From assembly GCA_040954595.2 (NCBI GenBank), contig CM082578.2:16600998-16664997 (forward strand): a DNA stretch of 64,000 bases, read 5' to 3'. The translations under genes were made by a program, and so were the position numbers. Positions within the stretch are counted from its first letter, which is position 1, and every line of letters begins with the position of its first letter. Shown here in pieces: positions 29,401 through 40,900 of this stretch. Below the pieces are notes generated by a model. That model did no database searches, had not been told where the DNA came from, and saw only the letters and a program-made list of their open reading frames with translations. This DNA is from Balanoglossus misakiensis (Eukaryota; Animalia; Hemichordata).

Positions 29401-30772
29401 GCAGGCATAAACACACTCATTCGGTGTTAATCAATTCAGTACCACAGAACCATATGATTACACCTCACACCTATTATATGAAGAACGACATTCAAATTTA
29501 TTTCATTTGTGGAAATTACGTTAGATAAATTAGTGTGAATTATGACAGCTGAACCAAGAGCTCGGAAATTGTTGATTTTTCACAATTTCAACCCGCATTT
29601 GTGTTGACCCAAAGGTTCGCAGGCACTATAATTGGTGTAATAAATCACCACCTGCACAATCATAACGGCATGTTTGATATTATTAATCACTGGCTAATAT
29701 TGTTATTCATGTCTGTCGGTGCCATTCTTGATAATCACATAAGGGCGTTCATCCAGTATGCCTGCAAATGGCCGAGAGTAACCCAGCGCTTTAATGATCA
29801 AGATCTAAATCTGCAAGCAAAGTGGAGTCATAGGCTCCTCGCATGATATGGGCACATTCTTAAATCAATTTTGTAAATGAATGCAGCTCACTATTCAATT
29901 TACGATTTCACAGTCGCGTGTTTCCTCAAAATGATTTAATGGACGCCAAAGGAAACATTTTATTACTGTACGTTTTACGATTTCGCTGTGAACGTCTGCT
30001 ACGCAAAGTGAGATATTACTGTCCATAACCCCTTCTGCATTTGAAATTTTCAGAAGTCATGCATTATCTGTGTACATGGGTACATCACGTGTAGTACATA
30101 CAACATTTTGTTTCGCTCTGAGGCAAGAAATTGTCATCATGCGGTTGACTCCACGATGTGTACCTGGATTAATGAAGAGCCAAATTTCACGCACTACATG
30201 AACAAGACACCTAATAATTACCCTATTGCAGAAAAATGTTAAAAGGACCATTTCGTGATTTTTATTTTGAATGGGTGTATCACTCAAGCATGATTATGCA
30301 AACATGTACTGATGTCATAACAGTGGCACCCCTACTGAATTATAAGTGAGCGCTCTTATACAAAGCATTTTTAATATATTATTTTCTCATGTAATAAAAT
30401 CAGTAATGAAGTTATTTTAGGACAACTGTCATTTAAGGCGTTATTTTTAGCTGTCTTCACCTGAAGGCTTTAGGAAGAAAGATAACTATTTACGAGTTCA
30501 GGGTTGAACAGTGTTTGTTGGATTGTTTTACTGATTACTTTTCCCTGAGGTATTCATATAAGATGGCCGCATATCCGTATCGTTCAATCTCCGTATCGTG
30601 GTCTTCATCTAACACTTCCTGTATACAACCACACAAGTCTTGTTGTATTCTGAGATAACCAGAAGCAGTGCGCATAACAAGTGCTCTACAAACCCTCTTT
30701 ACACGCTCAATCTTCCACATCAATTCCAAGATTTCCGGGCACAGCAGTATGAATATTAAAGTTAGTTAAGAT

Positions 30773-30806
30773 CTCTCTCTTTCCCTCTCTCTCTTTCTCT
30801 CTCTCT
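30773..30806. repeat. (CT)n microsatellite upstream of the GPCR1 acceptor
   Basis: ctctctctttccctctctctctttctctctctct. Confidence 0.85.
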
Positions 30807-30925
30807 GAGAATAGGATGTTAAATGTTCCTCACATGGAGCAACACCATTAATCACTTAAACACTAAATAATGAACAAACAGGGGTCGGTCTAAACAAATA
30901 CCTTTATTATTTAAATATTATTGAA

Positions 30926-30937
30926 TTTTTTTTCCAG
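30926..30937 (+). promoter_or_regulatory. 3' splice acceptor of the 5'-UTR intron of GPCR paralogue 1
   Basis: ttttttttccAG, 32 nt upstream of the ATG; same arrangement in all three paralogues. Confidence 0.7.
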
Positions 30938-30969
30938 ATATAACACTCAGAAAATCAAGCAACGGTTGA

Positions 30970-31959
30970 ATGTCAAGAACGATGTCTGCTACCTTGGTCA
31001 ACGAGAGTGATTCTGGCAACTCTACCTCTACCGGTAATCCCCTTGGGTGTACTTGGCAGAATCAGAAGATGATACTCTTTGTGTTCTATATCATTGCCTG
31101 TACGATAGCTTTACTGGGAAACCTGGCCTTTCTGGTGGTCGTCATCAAGGTCAAGTCCATGAGAACTATGCCCAATTTCTTCTTCATCAACCTCTCCATG
31201 GCGGACATTTTGTTCATGGCCTACTACCTGATGTTCTTGATCGCCGACAACTTCGGCACCATGGCGCCGCTGAAGACTTTCCACCGGAAAGGCGGGCACT
31301 CTATCACCGATGTGCTGTTCTGCGTCTCCATGCTGACAGTGGCACTGATCAGCCTCAACCGCTACATCGCCATCTGCCATCCGTTCAGGGCCGAGAACAT
31401 AAGACTCCAGAGCACATCCAAGATCGCCGTCTCCATCACCTTCTGCTGGTTCATCGGTATCTGCATAGCAGCGTTCGACATTTTCATCACCAACTCCGAT
31501 GGAAAGCTGATTGTGGTGTTGTTCGTTCTGCTGTCGCTTATCATCGTGGCTTCCTTCTGTGTGGTCCTGATTTCATACGCACTCATTGCACGACGAATGT
31601 TTTCCACAAAGCGGACCTACACGCCCCCTGGGTGTAATATGACAACGTTCTGCATCTCGGAAGAGAGCCAAGTCTTGCTCCTTTCGGTGGCTATAACAGT
31701 GGTTTTCTTTCTCAGTTGCTCGCCAATGGCCACGGTGTACATATCAGTGACTTTAAATCAACTTTTGGGTCAATTGATCATTTCACCTGCCACTCTCAGC
31801 TGCCTTTCGTTTATTGCCAGAATCACCATATCGCTTCACTTCACGCTGAACCCAATTCTGTACAACATTGGCAGTCGAAACCACCGGGCTGCCTTTTGTC
31901 AGGTGTGGCGTGTGAGCTCCTCAAAAGTAGACGAAGACGCACCACAAGAATATGTCTGA
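30970..31959 (+). CDS. Orphan class A (rhodopsin-like) 7TM GPCR, paralogue 1, 329 aa, single coding exon
   Basis: Seven hydrophobic segments with class A motifs: TM1 LLGN, TM2 FFINLSMAD, TM3 SLNRYIAICHPF, TM4 W (FCWFIG), TM5 Y (LISY), TM6 FFLSCSP, TM7 LNPILYN. N-terminal N-glycosylation sequons NES and NST. In-frame TGA immediately before the ATG. Pyrimidine-rich acceptor ttttttttccAG ends at 30937; AATAAA at 32130-32135. Confidence 0.95.
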   Translation: MSRTMSATLVNESDSGNSTSTGNPLGCTWQNQKMILFVFYIIACTIALLGNLAFLVVVIKVKSMRTMPNFFFINLSMADILFMAYYLMFLIADNFGTMAPLKTFHRKGGHSITDVLFCVSMLTVALISLNRYIAICHPFRAENIRLQSTSKIAVSITFCWFIGICIAAFDIFITNSDGKLIVVLFVLLSLIIVASFCVVLISYALIARRMFSTKRTYTPPGCNMTTFCISEESQVLLLSVAITVVFFLSCSPMATVYISVTLNQLLGQLIISPATLSCLSFIARITISLHFTLNPILYNIGSRNHRAAFCQVWRVSSSKVDEDAPQEYV

Positions 31960-34900
31960 TACCAAACTGAAGGGAATGTTGTGCGCATGCATGCATGTAT
32001 GAATTGGCATGCTTGGACAGACTGAGGTTTTCAGTATTCTAAAATCTAAACCCGCAATTTAAACACTGTGACTGTGAATGCACAGACATGGACCAGTGCA
32101 GACAAACCCATGGATATTTTAGAACTTTGAATAAAATCAATTCCTGACACTTGTGCTTGTTATGAAGCAAGACTGATTGGAGTCCTCTTATGGAGTTTTC
32201 TCGTTGGCATACATCTTTGCTATTTTAAACCTCAACAATAGGACTAAGGATGTTGCGTTTTTGTGTTTAGCATGGTGTTTATTGTACAGCAAGGACCTTA
32301 TCAGACATCTAGGCTGGTCGACATCAGTGTTAATTTATTTTTCTTGTTTTTCTCTTATACTTTGCCTCGTTATTTACCAAATTGCACCACTGTTGGGTTC
32401 CATGTCAAAGGGGAATCAATTATACTGTGAGTTTTACATCTTTATTTCAGAAAGCTTCCGTCAAAGACCTGCTTTTGAAAGCTAATACTCGTCTTGGCTG
32501 AAGTTGTCTTATGTATGTGTGTATGTACGTCACCTATGTTGTGTTCCAAATTAATATTAGATGTAAAGAGTGTCAACCATGTGTTTAGGAAAATGTGAAA
32601 TAAAAAAATGAATCTATCCATTTGATGTGTGTCACTTCATTCAATGTGTTATATGCGGTTGTGTTTGTTGGTCAAGCGCAATGTAATTTTTTTATTTCAA
32701 TCCAGAAATCGACATGGCCAGAAACTTAATGACCATGCAAAGCTCTCCGTGCAGTTTGAATGCATGAGTACTTCATCTGTTGGCAAAATGATATACGTTT
32801 AGATAAGTAGGCCAAATAGGATCGACCATCATAAACCCCCTCGTTTTATGAAATTGATTACCATGTGACACGTTAATCAATGTGGTCCAAATCTAAACAA
32901 ACCACAAGGTCCTTGGTTAATCAAAGTTGCAAAAACACAGTCTCGATTATCGAAAAAGTGAAATCCTAAAAAAATGATGCAAAAGGTCAATGGAGTATAC
33001 ACAGAGAGGGAATATGTAAATATAATTTGGATCCATGTCTTAATCGATTTACCGTATTGCAGACATTGAGCAATCTAGATGTCAATAAAACGTAGTGTGT
33101 GCAAGCCATACACCTAATAATTCTGATGTTCACACTTCTGTAGGTGCATAAGATACTGGAGTTTCATGTTGCATTTCATGAGAAATGTCGCTTTGAGAAA
33201 AAGTGCAGGTGACGTTGACTGTGACATTGAATGACCCACACTTGCTCGAGCTTTAACTGATTATTCTACAACCATGATGTCCTTTGGGCTATTGTGACAT
33301 GTTAGTATCTTGATGACAGAAGGTTGATTCGCCCGAAAAATGTAAATTTTGGAAGATTACAACTTTAACTGAGACATTCAGTTAGATTCAAAATTCGATT
33401 TGGTTTTGCAAAACAATATAAATCTATGCATGGCAATCTAAGAAACTGCTTTGACTACATTAGATAAGGGCAGAAGTGTTGGCCATGACATTGTGTTTTT
33501 TTTTTGCCTTGGGCGAGATTCAAACACTCTATTACAAACAGGAAGCACCACATAGCTCTAAAGACCAGTGCAGAAGTAAACAGGAAAATTGATGAAACTT
33601 ATATCACGTATTGAGAAGTGTTTATAGAATATAGCGAAGTATGCAGTTCAATCCTGTTCTACATTTTATTCAGTCAAGGTGACCTTGCTTGTATCAGATT
33701 GTGTTGACAAAATGAAATATGAAAGAAGGACTAATGAACCTTAAAATGATCTCAGAGTATATGCGAATTGTTATTTCTGGATCATGATTATGTCTATCTG
33801 TTTGAATTAATTACATCATGCCTACACTCTACTGCACAGGCATTGGTTTGCCACAAAATAACCTTCCTTTTTTTCATTTTCACTCGATATCTCTGAAAAT
33901 GACATGAAAAAATGGCCATACTCTTTATAGAATATAGTTAATAAAAGATTTATAATTATTGCCGGGAGATCTCATTTATGCTGATTTATTAAGTCATTAC
34001 AAGGTAATTATTTTTACTATTTGATGCTGTGCGAAATCCGGTAGCCCACAGATGGCGCTATATAAATACTCCTTTTGAGCGTGGAACTACAAGTTTGAAT
34101 TTAGGTCAATTTCAGTTGATATAAAGGAGAGCATATCAAAACTGATGCATGCAAGATGCATTCAGCTTTGCTTCATTTTATTCAAACATTTATTTATTTG
34201 TTAATTTTTATTTCAAGGAAATCTATGAAATGTAGTCCACTGAAAATCAATCATATATAAACTAACAACTGTGTGTGCTTTTGATCCATGACTTGTAAAC
34301 GCGCGCCCTCTAGCAACCATTTCAAATACTAGTAATCCAATCTTGAATCTTTAGCTTCAATATGAATATAGCGACATTTCCTGTATCTAGAAAAGCAGAT
34401 CATATTACCATGAAACTTGCTTATTTGTTGATATTTCTGTCTCAGCTTTAACAAAGGCATTTGGCTAAATAATTGTTGAATTCATGCATAAGTGTTGGCG
34501 TAGCCACAGAAATGATCTACCATTTGCCAATAATCCATCACAGAGTGTGGTACATTTTTAAAACACCAGCAGAAAGTTGTGCTTTACATTTTTTTCATTT
34601 AAACAGTAATCTATGCACATTTGTTTTTCTTTTCATTTACATTCAGGCTGTTTGGTTCACATCAATATTTCAAATGTTTTAATGATGTTTTCATACTTAT
34701 GAAAGATACATTTTGTCTGTCGTTAGAATATTTACGGAAAAGGTTTGAAACATCTTCAAAAAGTTGCGATTTCGAGTACATGTACTTTGATATTAAACCA
34801 TGTCTAATTAAGAGTCATTCATTTTATATGAAGTATAAATTGAATGTCATCATTTCACTCCAGAGATCAAGTATCAAGGAAATGAATTGTAGTTGCGGAA

Positions 34901-35123
34901 GCGTGATACACAGACAATGTACAAAAAGCTCAGTATTCAGTTATATTAACCCCTGGGACTGAAATGCAAAACCAATAAACCAGCAGCTTTTCACATGAGG
35001 GATAAAGACAAGATTAATTTACCTCTGTAACACAATAACATGAACGGTGACTCAAATATATATCCTTGGTCTTTGCTTTTCTAGTACATACAAGCTAGTT
35101 ATTATACAGTTTGAGCAAAAATG

Positions 35124-35523
35124 CTAAACCCTGTTATCAATGTGTACACTCCAATTGCCATCCACCGAGAGTATATACCCTGTATTGTCGAACTTCGACC
35201 TACATTGCAGGTTGATCCTGTCCACTCTGGATGCACCATCTACTTGAATGATAGGGTATGTGCGCATTTACATTGCAGTTTCAAACTCAACGACATTGTA
35301 CTTGACCTTTGTTCCAAATTCATTTGTAGAACATGGCGTGGAGAATTTGCTGTCAAGTGTAATCATTATTGGCTGATCAAGAGCAGAGTAGTCGATAGGC
35401 ATCACAGAGCCTTTTGAATCATAGCCAGAGGTAGAACTCCAAGGATGACAATATCGCCAGATAAAAATCCTCACTCACACAAGTGGGCAATAGCCAGAGT
35501 TTCTATGACGCGGTTCGATACAC
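35124..35523 (-). pseudogene. Unidentified decayed protein-coding fragment
   Basis: The minus-strand frame continues past one TAA: ...DSKGSVMPIDYSALDQPIMITLDSKFSTPCSTNEFGTKVKYNVVEFETAM*MRTYPIIQVDGASRVDRINLQCRSKFDNTGYILSVDGNWSVHIDNRV*. An upstream frame reads NRVIETLAIAHLCE*GFLSGDIVILGV. Composition is globular-protein-like; family not recognised. Confidence 0.4.
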
Positions 35524-37303
35524 AAATATGTGGTTCATTACTGGCAACTCATGCCTTGTTTCAATGAGTTAAAATTGAAAGTTCTTATATGTAGGGCCTA
35601 TGATTTACACTCGATCGAACCAGGTCCATTACTTTCATCCTAATTCAGACGATGATCATTACTACCTTGTGGATTATCTCTCTACAGAGAACATACATGT
35701 ATCCTTTACACACTAATCGTTTCTCAGTCTCAGAACGTGGGCGTATGCAAGGTTTAACAGGAGAAATGCTCGTCACACTCGAAGAGGTAACTGTACTTAC
35801 TTGTTTACCTTTAAACTTTAGAAAACGGAGCGAAGGTTCACTCATTCTGCACACAGATAAATATTAGACTTTATACCGGTGTGTTCTACAAACCCTTTTA
35901 CACGTCATGGTGTTTTGTAGCCAGAGGCCTTCCTTTGTCCTTGTGGTTTTCCTGCATGGCCTGTTTACGTCAGCTATTTTATCATGTGCTCTACAACACC
36001 TTGTCCCGAAGGAGTGATTTATAAATCCTCCTGTGTCAGATCAGTGTGAAACATAACACATCGAATGCTAATCCTCAAAGCGTACTATGTAAACACACAT
36101 TTCATGACTTCATATTTCTTGTACCTGTCAATTCTAGTGTTCCCACACATTTTTATCTCATTTTGTCAAATCTGGCGTTTATCTATTTTTTATTGTTTTG
36201 GAAATAAAAAACATTGCTCGCCAACTTAACAGAACCGTGACAATGAACAATCCGCGGTTTCAGCGAATAATACTCATACATGTTCATTGCTACTCTGCAC
36301 GTAGGGCTTTGTGATTTAATGAACGACGTCATTGCCTAGAATCTCCATTGCTCTCCTGTGGTTGAACTTCAGATTTCATCATTCCCTAATTTATGTTCAA
36401 ATTCTTGCTGAAATGTTATACTTTAGCAGGAAGCATAAAACTCAATGTCGCTCCTAATTGATGCTGCACATGTACGTGATGTATATCAGTTACAGGCCAC
36501 CTTCGATTCTAGTTTCTTTCAAATGTGGGTTATTGAACAGACGGAGGAAATCTGTCGAAATTCAAAGTTTCAATTCACATGATGTTCTAGTGATGAATTA
36601 TTTTAATTACTACGTTGTTAATGAGATAATCAAAAATGACAAAAAAGTTTAGAATGCGTGATAATTTACCAATACATTATAATAGCGCTACGGGTTTGTT
36701 CACTTTCCTCAACAACAGCTGTGCCAGTAACATACAGTTCACTTCTCTTCAATTAATAGACACTTTGGGAGATAGTGAGAGAGAGGAGGAGGGTGAGAAG
36801 AGAGGAAGGGGAAGGGAATATTTTAACATTCTTTCTGTAGTCTGAAACAAAACAAAAGAAGAGCAAAGCAAAACAAAACAAGAAGAAAACATTGTTGTTC
36901 TGGTAAGACTAGATACGGCAATCACATGTGACGTCACATGGAGTGTATCCTGGGTTCTGCAAAGATTAGTTAACCTACCGACATGATAAATAGCTTGTGC
37001 TCAGTGTGAAAGGAATTTTCAGTTCTCGGCGGGATGGAAGCATTGATCGTATACTTTCTGCAGAGTAATCAGCATGTCTTTTCCTGATTGACACTTCACA
37101 AATCTAAGCTTGGTTTCGTTTTATCAATCAACGCTCAAACCACGATTCCGGAATTGAAATTGAAATTTCAATGCCACGCAAATTGGCGGACACCCTCTAA
37201 TAATGCCATAATGAGAAATTAATCAAGTCCTTATTTATAGGAGCGATCACTTCCTTCTTTATGAAGTGAGAATTATAATCTCTGGAGAATTCATTTCTGT
37301 TAA

Positions 37304-37659
37304 GGGTCCCCATTCTGTAACTCATGGCAATTTTTTCAGTATTTTTGTTATGTTCTTCACACCGACCATGGTTTCTTGTTGGCTCCCTGAGGCAAAGTTA
37401 AATGTTGAGAAGTCTTCTAAACATAGCCTATGTGTGCACAATCAACAGTGTTGTTAAACATTCTACTCCACTCTGGACTTGGGTATGTTTGTCAACGATA
37501 ACAATGATCAGTATACAAACACATTTCTTGTTGACAAGCAGAAAACAAAGAGTGTTGTTAATGTGATGCTTACTATGGGGAGGAGAACAAGGAAATGTAT
37601 TTGATAAAGAAATAAATACTGAAAAAATAGCCACAAGTTACAGATTCTAGTAGTTGTCC
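37304..37659. mobile_element. Non-autonomous DNA transposon (MITE) in TTAA context, Kolobok-like termini
   Basis: Subterminal inverted repeats 37315-37344 and 37614-37643 match at 27/30. Starts TTAA|GG and ends CC|TCAA. Confidence 0.65.
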
Positions 37660-37663
37660 TCAA

Positions 37664-37940
37664 GGTCTCTGTTCTTTCATTTTTTTGCTATTTTTTCAGT
37701 ATTTGTATCATCTCCCTGAGGCAAGGTTATTAAAGTGTGAAGCATTAGTATTCTAAACATAGCACATACATGTATATGCAAAGATGTATTCAAGTCCTTG
37801 AAGGGGTTTGTGAACAATAATGATGCTCGACATAAGGAGAAAACAGGACGTGTTTGGATGCTTTAGGGAGAATAACAAAGAAATGTATTTGATAAATTAA
37901 AAAGTACTGAAAAATCAGCAGAAGTTACAGATAGTGGTCC
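37664..37940. mobile_element. Second, diverged copy of the same MITE family, directly abutting the first
   Basis: Shares ttttttcagtattt, ctccctgaggcaa, ttctaaacatagc, gaaatgtatttgataaa and tactgaaaaa...aagttacagat, in the same order as 37304-37659. Confidence 0.6.
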
Positions 37941-40900
37941 TTTTTCTGGAAGTTAAGCTGGCTCTTGGTATTCAAGAGAAAAAAATACAAATATTAATAA
38001 CTTATGGACGTTTTTCGTCTTTTTGGAATCTGGACTACCTTGATGTATAGACACCTGGGAATCCAGCTGACAACAATCTCCCCACTCATGGCTTTGATCA
38101 CGATTAAATGAATCAAATACAAAGGCGAGATATTCCCTCTTAGATTTATTCTATTTCCAGAATTCTATCACACATGGAAAGTGCATGTGACTGTTATTAT
38201 TTCCCCCAAGAACCTAATCAGCGAAATCCCCAGAAATTGCAGGTCATCATACTATTTTCAAACCCAATCGCAAAAGCCTGGCAGGGCATAGAAATATCGA
38301 ACAAAGGTCTGCCAAAAGAAAGGTCAACCATTTCTTGTTGGCTTACTTAGAAACTGATTTATTCTTCTACTTGATTGAAGTCGTCTATACTGTCGTAACG
38401 AACCTTGAAATGGGAATTAGTCTGCGGGTTTAATGGACACGATGTACTACCCTGGGCACTAGAGATCGGTATACCACTATTGCAGCTGTCAGCTCTTCGA
38501 CGCGGCCAAGTTCAATTCTATCGTTTATTAGCAAGACATACTCCCTTAAGGTATTAAGCGTAAATGATACGTTTCTTTTAAACTTTATTTTACTCATATG
38601 ACTGCATGGTTCTCATATATTTGCATATAGGGTCATGTAGCTGAGGTATATAAATATTCAACATTCATTTGAGATCATGAAATTCTAATATATAGCAATA
38701 CATCAAAATGGTCAGACTGTGGTGATGTTGTCCTGGCACTTGGGTGGAATCTTTTTATTTAGCGATTTGGCACCAAACACATGTAATTTTCTAAAGTTTA
38801 TCTACAAAAACAGCAAAGTAAACTGAACTTTTGATTTATTCCATAATAACCATTTTTAAATCGATAGCTTACATTTACTAGCGTTAAGACGGGTGTCATC
38901 AAACACTCAATATTCAAATAACATGCATTTGTCACAAGTCAAAACAACCAGATTGCGCATGCGTCTATTTGCAATGGTTTTTGAAATGCGTGGGCTTACA
39001 CGGTCAACATTACAGTAGAAACAAACCTGTGAAGGGGGAAACTACATTGGACTAAAGAGTCGAATTTGAAAAAAAATATATACGGGCATCGATATTGCAC
39101 AGAAGATATCCATTCTGTAGAGAGCAGCGTTGCGAGTCAAATACAAATCAAATTTATATCTCCTTCTTGGGTTTTCTAATATACACGCGTTGCTTGATAG
39201 GTCATCACCGTAATAGCAGGGTAAGTGATATTTTCTTTCATCAAAATAATTTAGATTCTCTAAGTACTATCTACCCGCAAATATTCTGACATTGAATCCC
39301 GAAAGGGTTTCTGTGCTTGGCATATATTTCAATATTATAACTTCTGTCTTGAGAAGCCAAGGCAGAATTATTCTGTGCGGACATCGGTTGCATAATTCTT
39401 ACTTTGAAAACTAACTCGAGTTTCTCAAGAAAATTGAAATGTAATGGCGTAATAATCACAAAAAAATCGCCGGCAGTGAAGGACAACCGATACATTAGTC
39501 ACTAATGGCGTGTGCTCAAGGGTAGAAGATGATTCAGTGGAGGTGCATTCGAGATCTGATACATGTACTTGGCAAAGAAAAAGCACTTACATGTCATGTT
39601 GTGTTAAAACTATCTTGTTCATTCATTCTACTCCTGAGACCCTTTTTAAGATTATACTTGTCAAAAACATATGTATTACTTTTTTGTTATTAGAGCATCT
39701 TTCATTAGGTTGGTCTGTTTTGTCTTCCACATTTCTGACGTCACGTGCTTGCAAATATGCTATCGAAAATTCCTACTTCTTTTACTGATTCAGTACGTGT
39801 TACACACAAGTTGTCCTGCGTGATAGCATTGTGCTTGTTAAAGGCTGGAAGCCTCTTATGTCGTTTACTGAAAACGATGTCACAATAGCAAAAAAATCAT
39901 TAAATTTTGACATGGTTCGATCGATGTTGTCGCAGTGAATCTTTTATAGTATGCTCTTCGGGAACTGAATGCCACGTTTATTTTCATTTACCTGATGACA
40001 AAGCTCATGTGTAGTCGTCGTACCATAAAGTATAAGGATTGGCGTCAGATGGTGTGTGTTTTTCGTTGCATTGGTCATCTTTAAAGAAACGTGAAACTGC
40101 AGAAAAAGTGCTTAGTGAGATGTTGTAACTGGATTCCTAAGATTAAGCTGAACCTTAAATTAACAAGCTACTTGTAGATTCAACTAAAGTTTGTGTGTTT
40201 GGGGGGGGGGGGAATCATAGAGAAAATACACGCGATGCGATTTGTTAACAGGCATGACACTCTACGTTACAAAGCCTGTACATGAGTGTGTATGCACGCC
40301 ATTTCAACAGTAGTGGCCGCTTTTTATAACCTCTGGCAGGTGATAATTAACATGGAGATATTTATGTTTGGCATTCCGTTGCAAATCAGACTCGCTGAAC
40401 CATCCTTGAGCTATAGTGCTTCATGATCATTAAAGAGAGGGACTCGGCACTTTGTCATCGCCATGGTGACGAGTTGCATGGGAACGATAAGGGTTTCTGA
40501 TAAATGAGTTATCTAGAGCACTTGTCGCGCTTCAGCCAATACCGAAGTGTGATCACCTCGTTCATCTGTACCATAAGCAAAGGTAATTAGAATATCGTTG
40601 ATGATATTTCACTCCACCAGAGAAATTTGTAAACACCCTTGAACAAACTAAATCAGCTATAGATATATTTGAAAGAAGCGATAACATTGTTAAAGTAAGT
40701 TATTGTCAATGATAAAGTCTCCACTGGATTAATGGAGGTGGAACGAAACCAATAAAGACATTTTCTCATACATTTTCTCGATTCAGCTGTCCAAGTGTAC
40801 ATTTTTGACACAGCCGACAGACGCGTCCGTAACACTACCCGAACGGTAATGGTGGTGTGTGGCGCCAATAATATATCAAATATACTGGCACATAATATAT

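Noticed and set aside
31047-31970. Overlapping and antisense ORFs inside the GPCR genes (also 50129-50398 and 59360-60638)
   Set aside because: Shadow ORFs caused by GC-rich third positions and hydrophobic codon usage.
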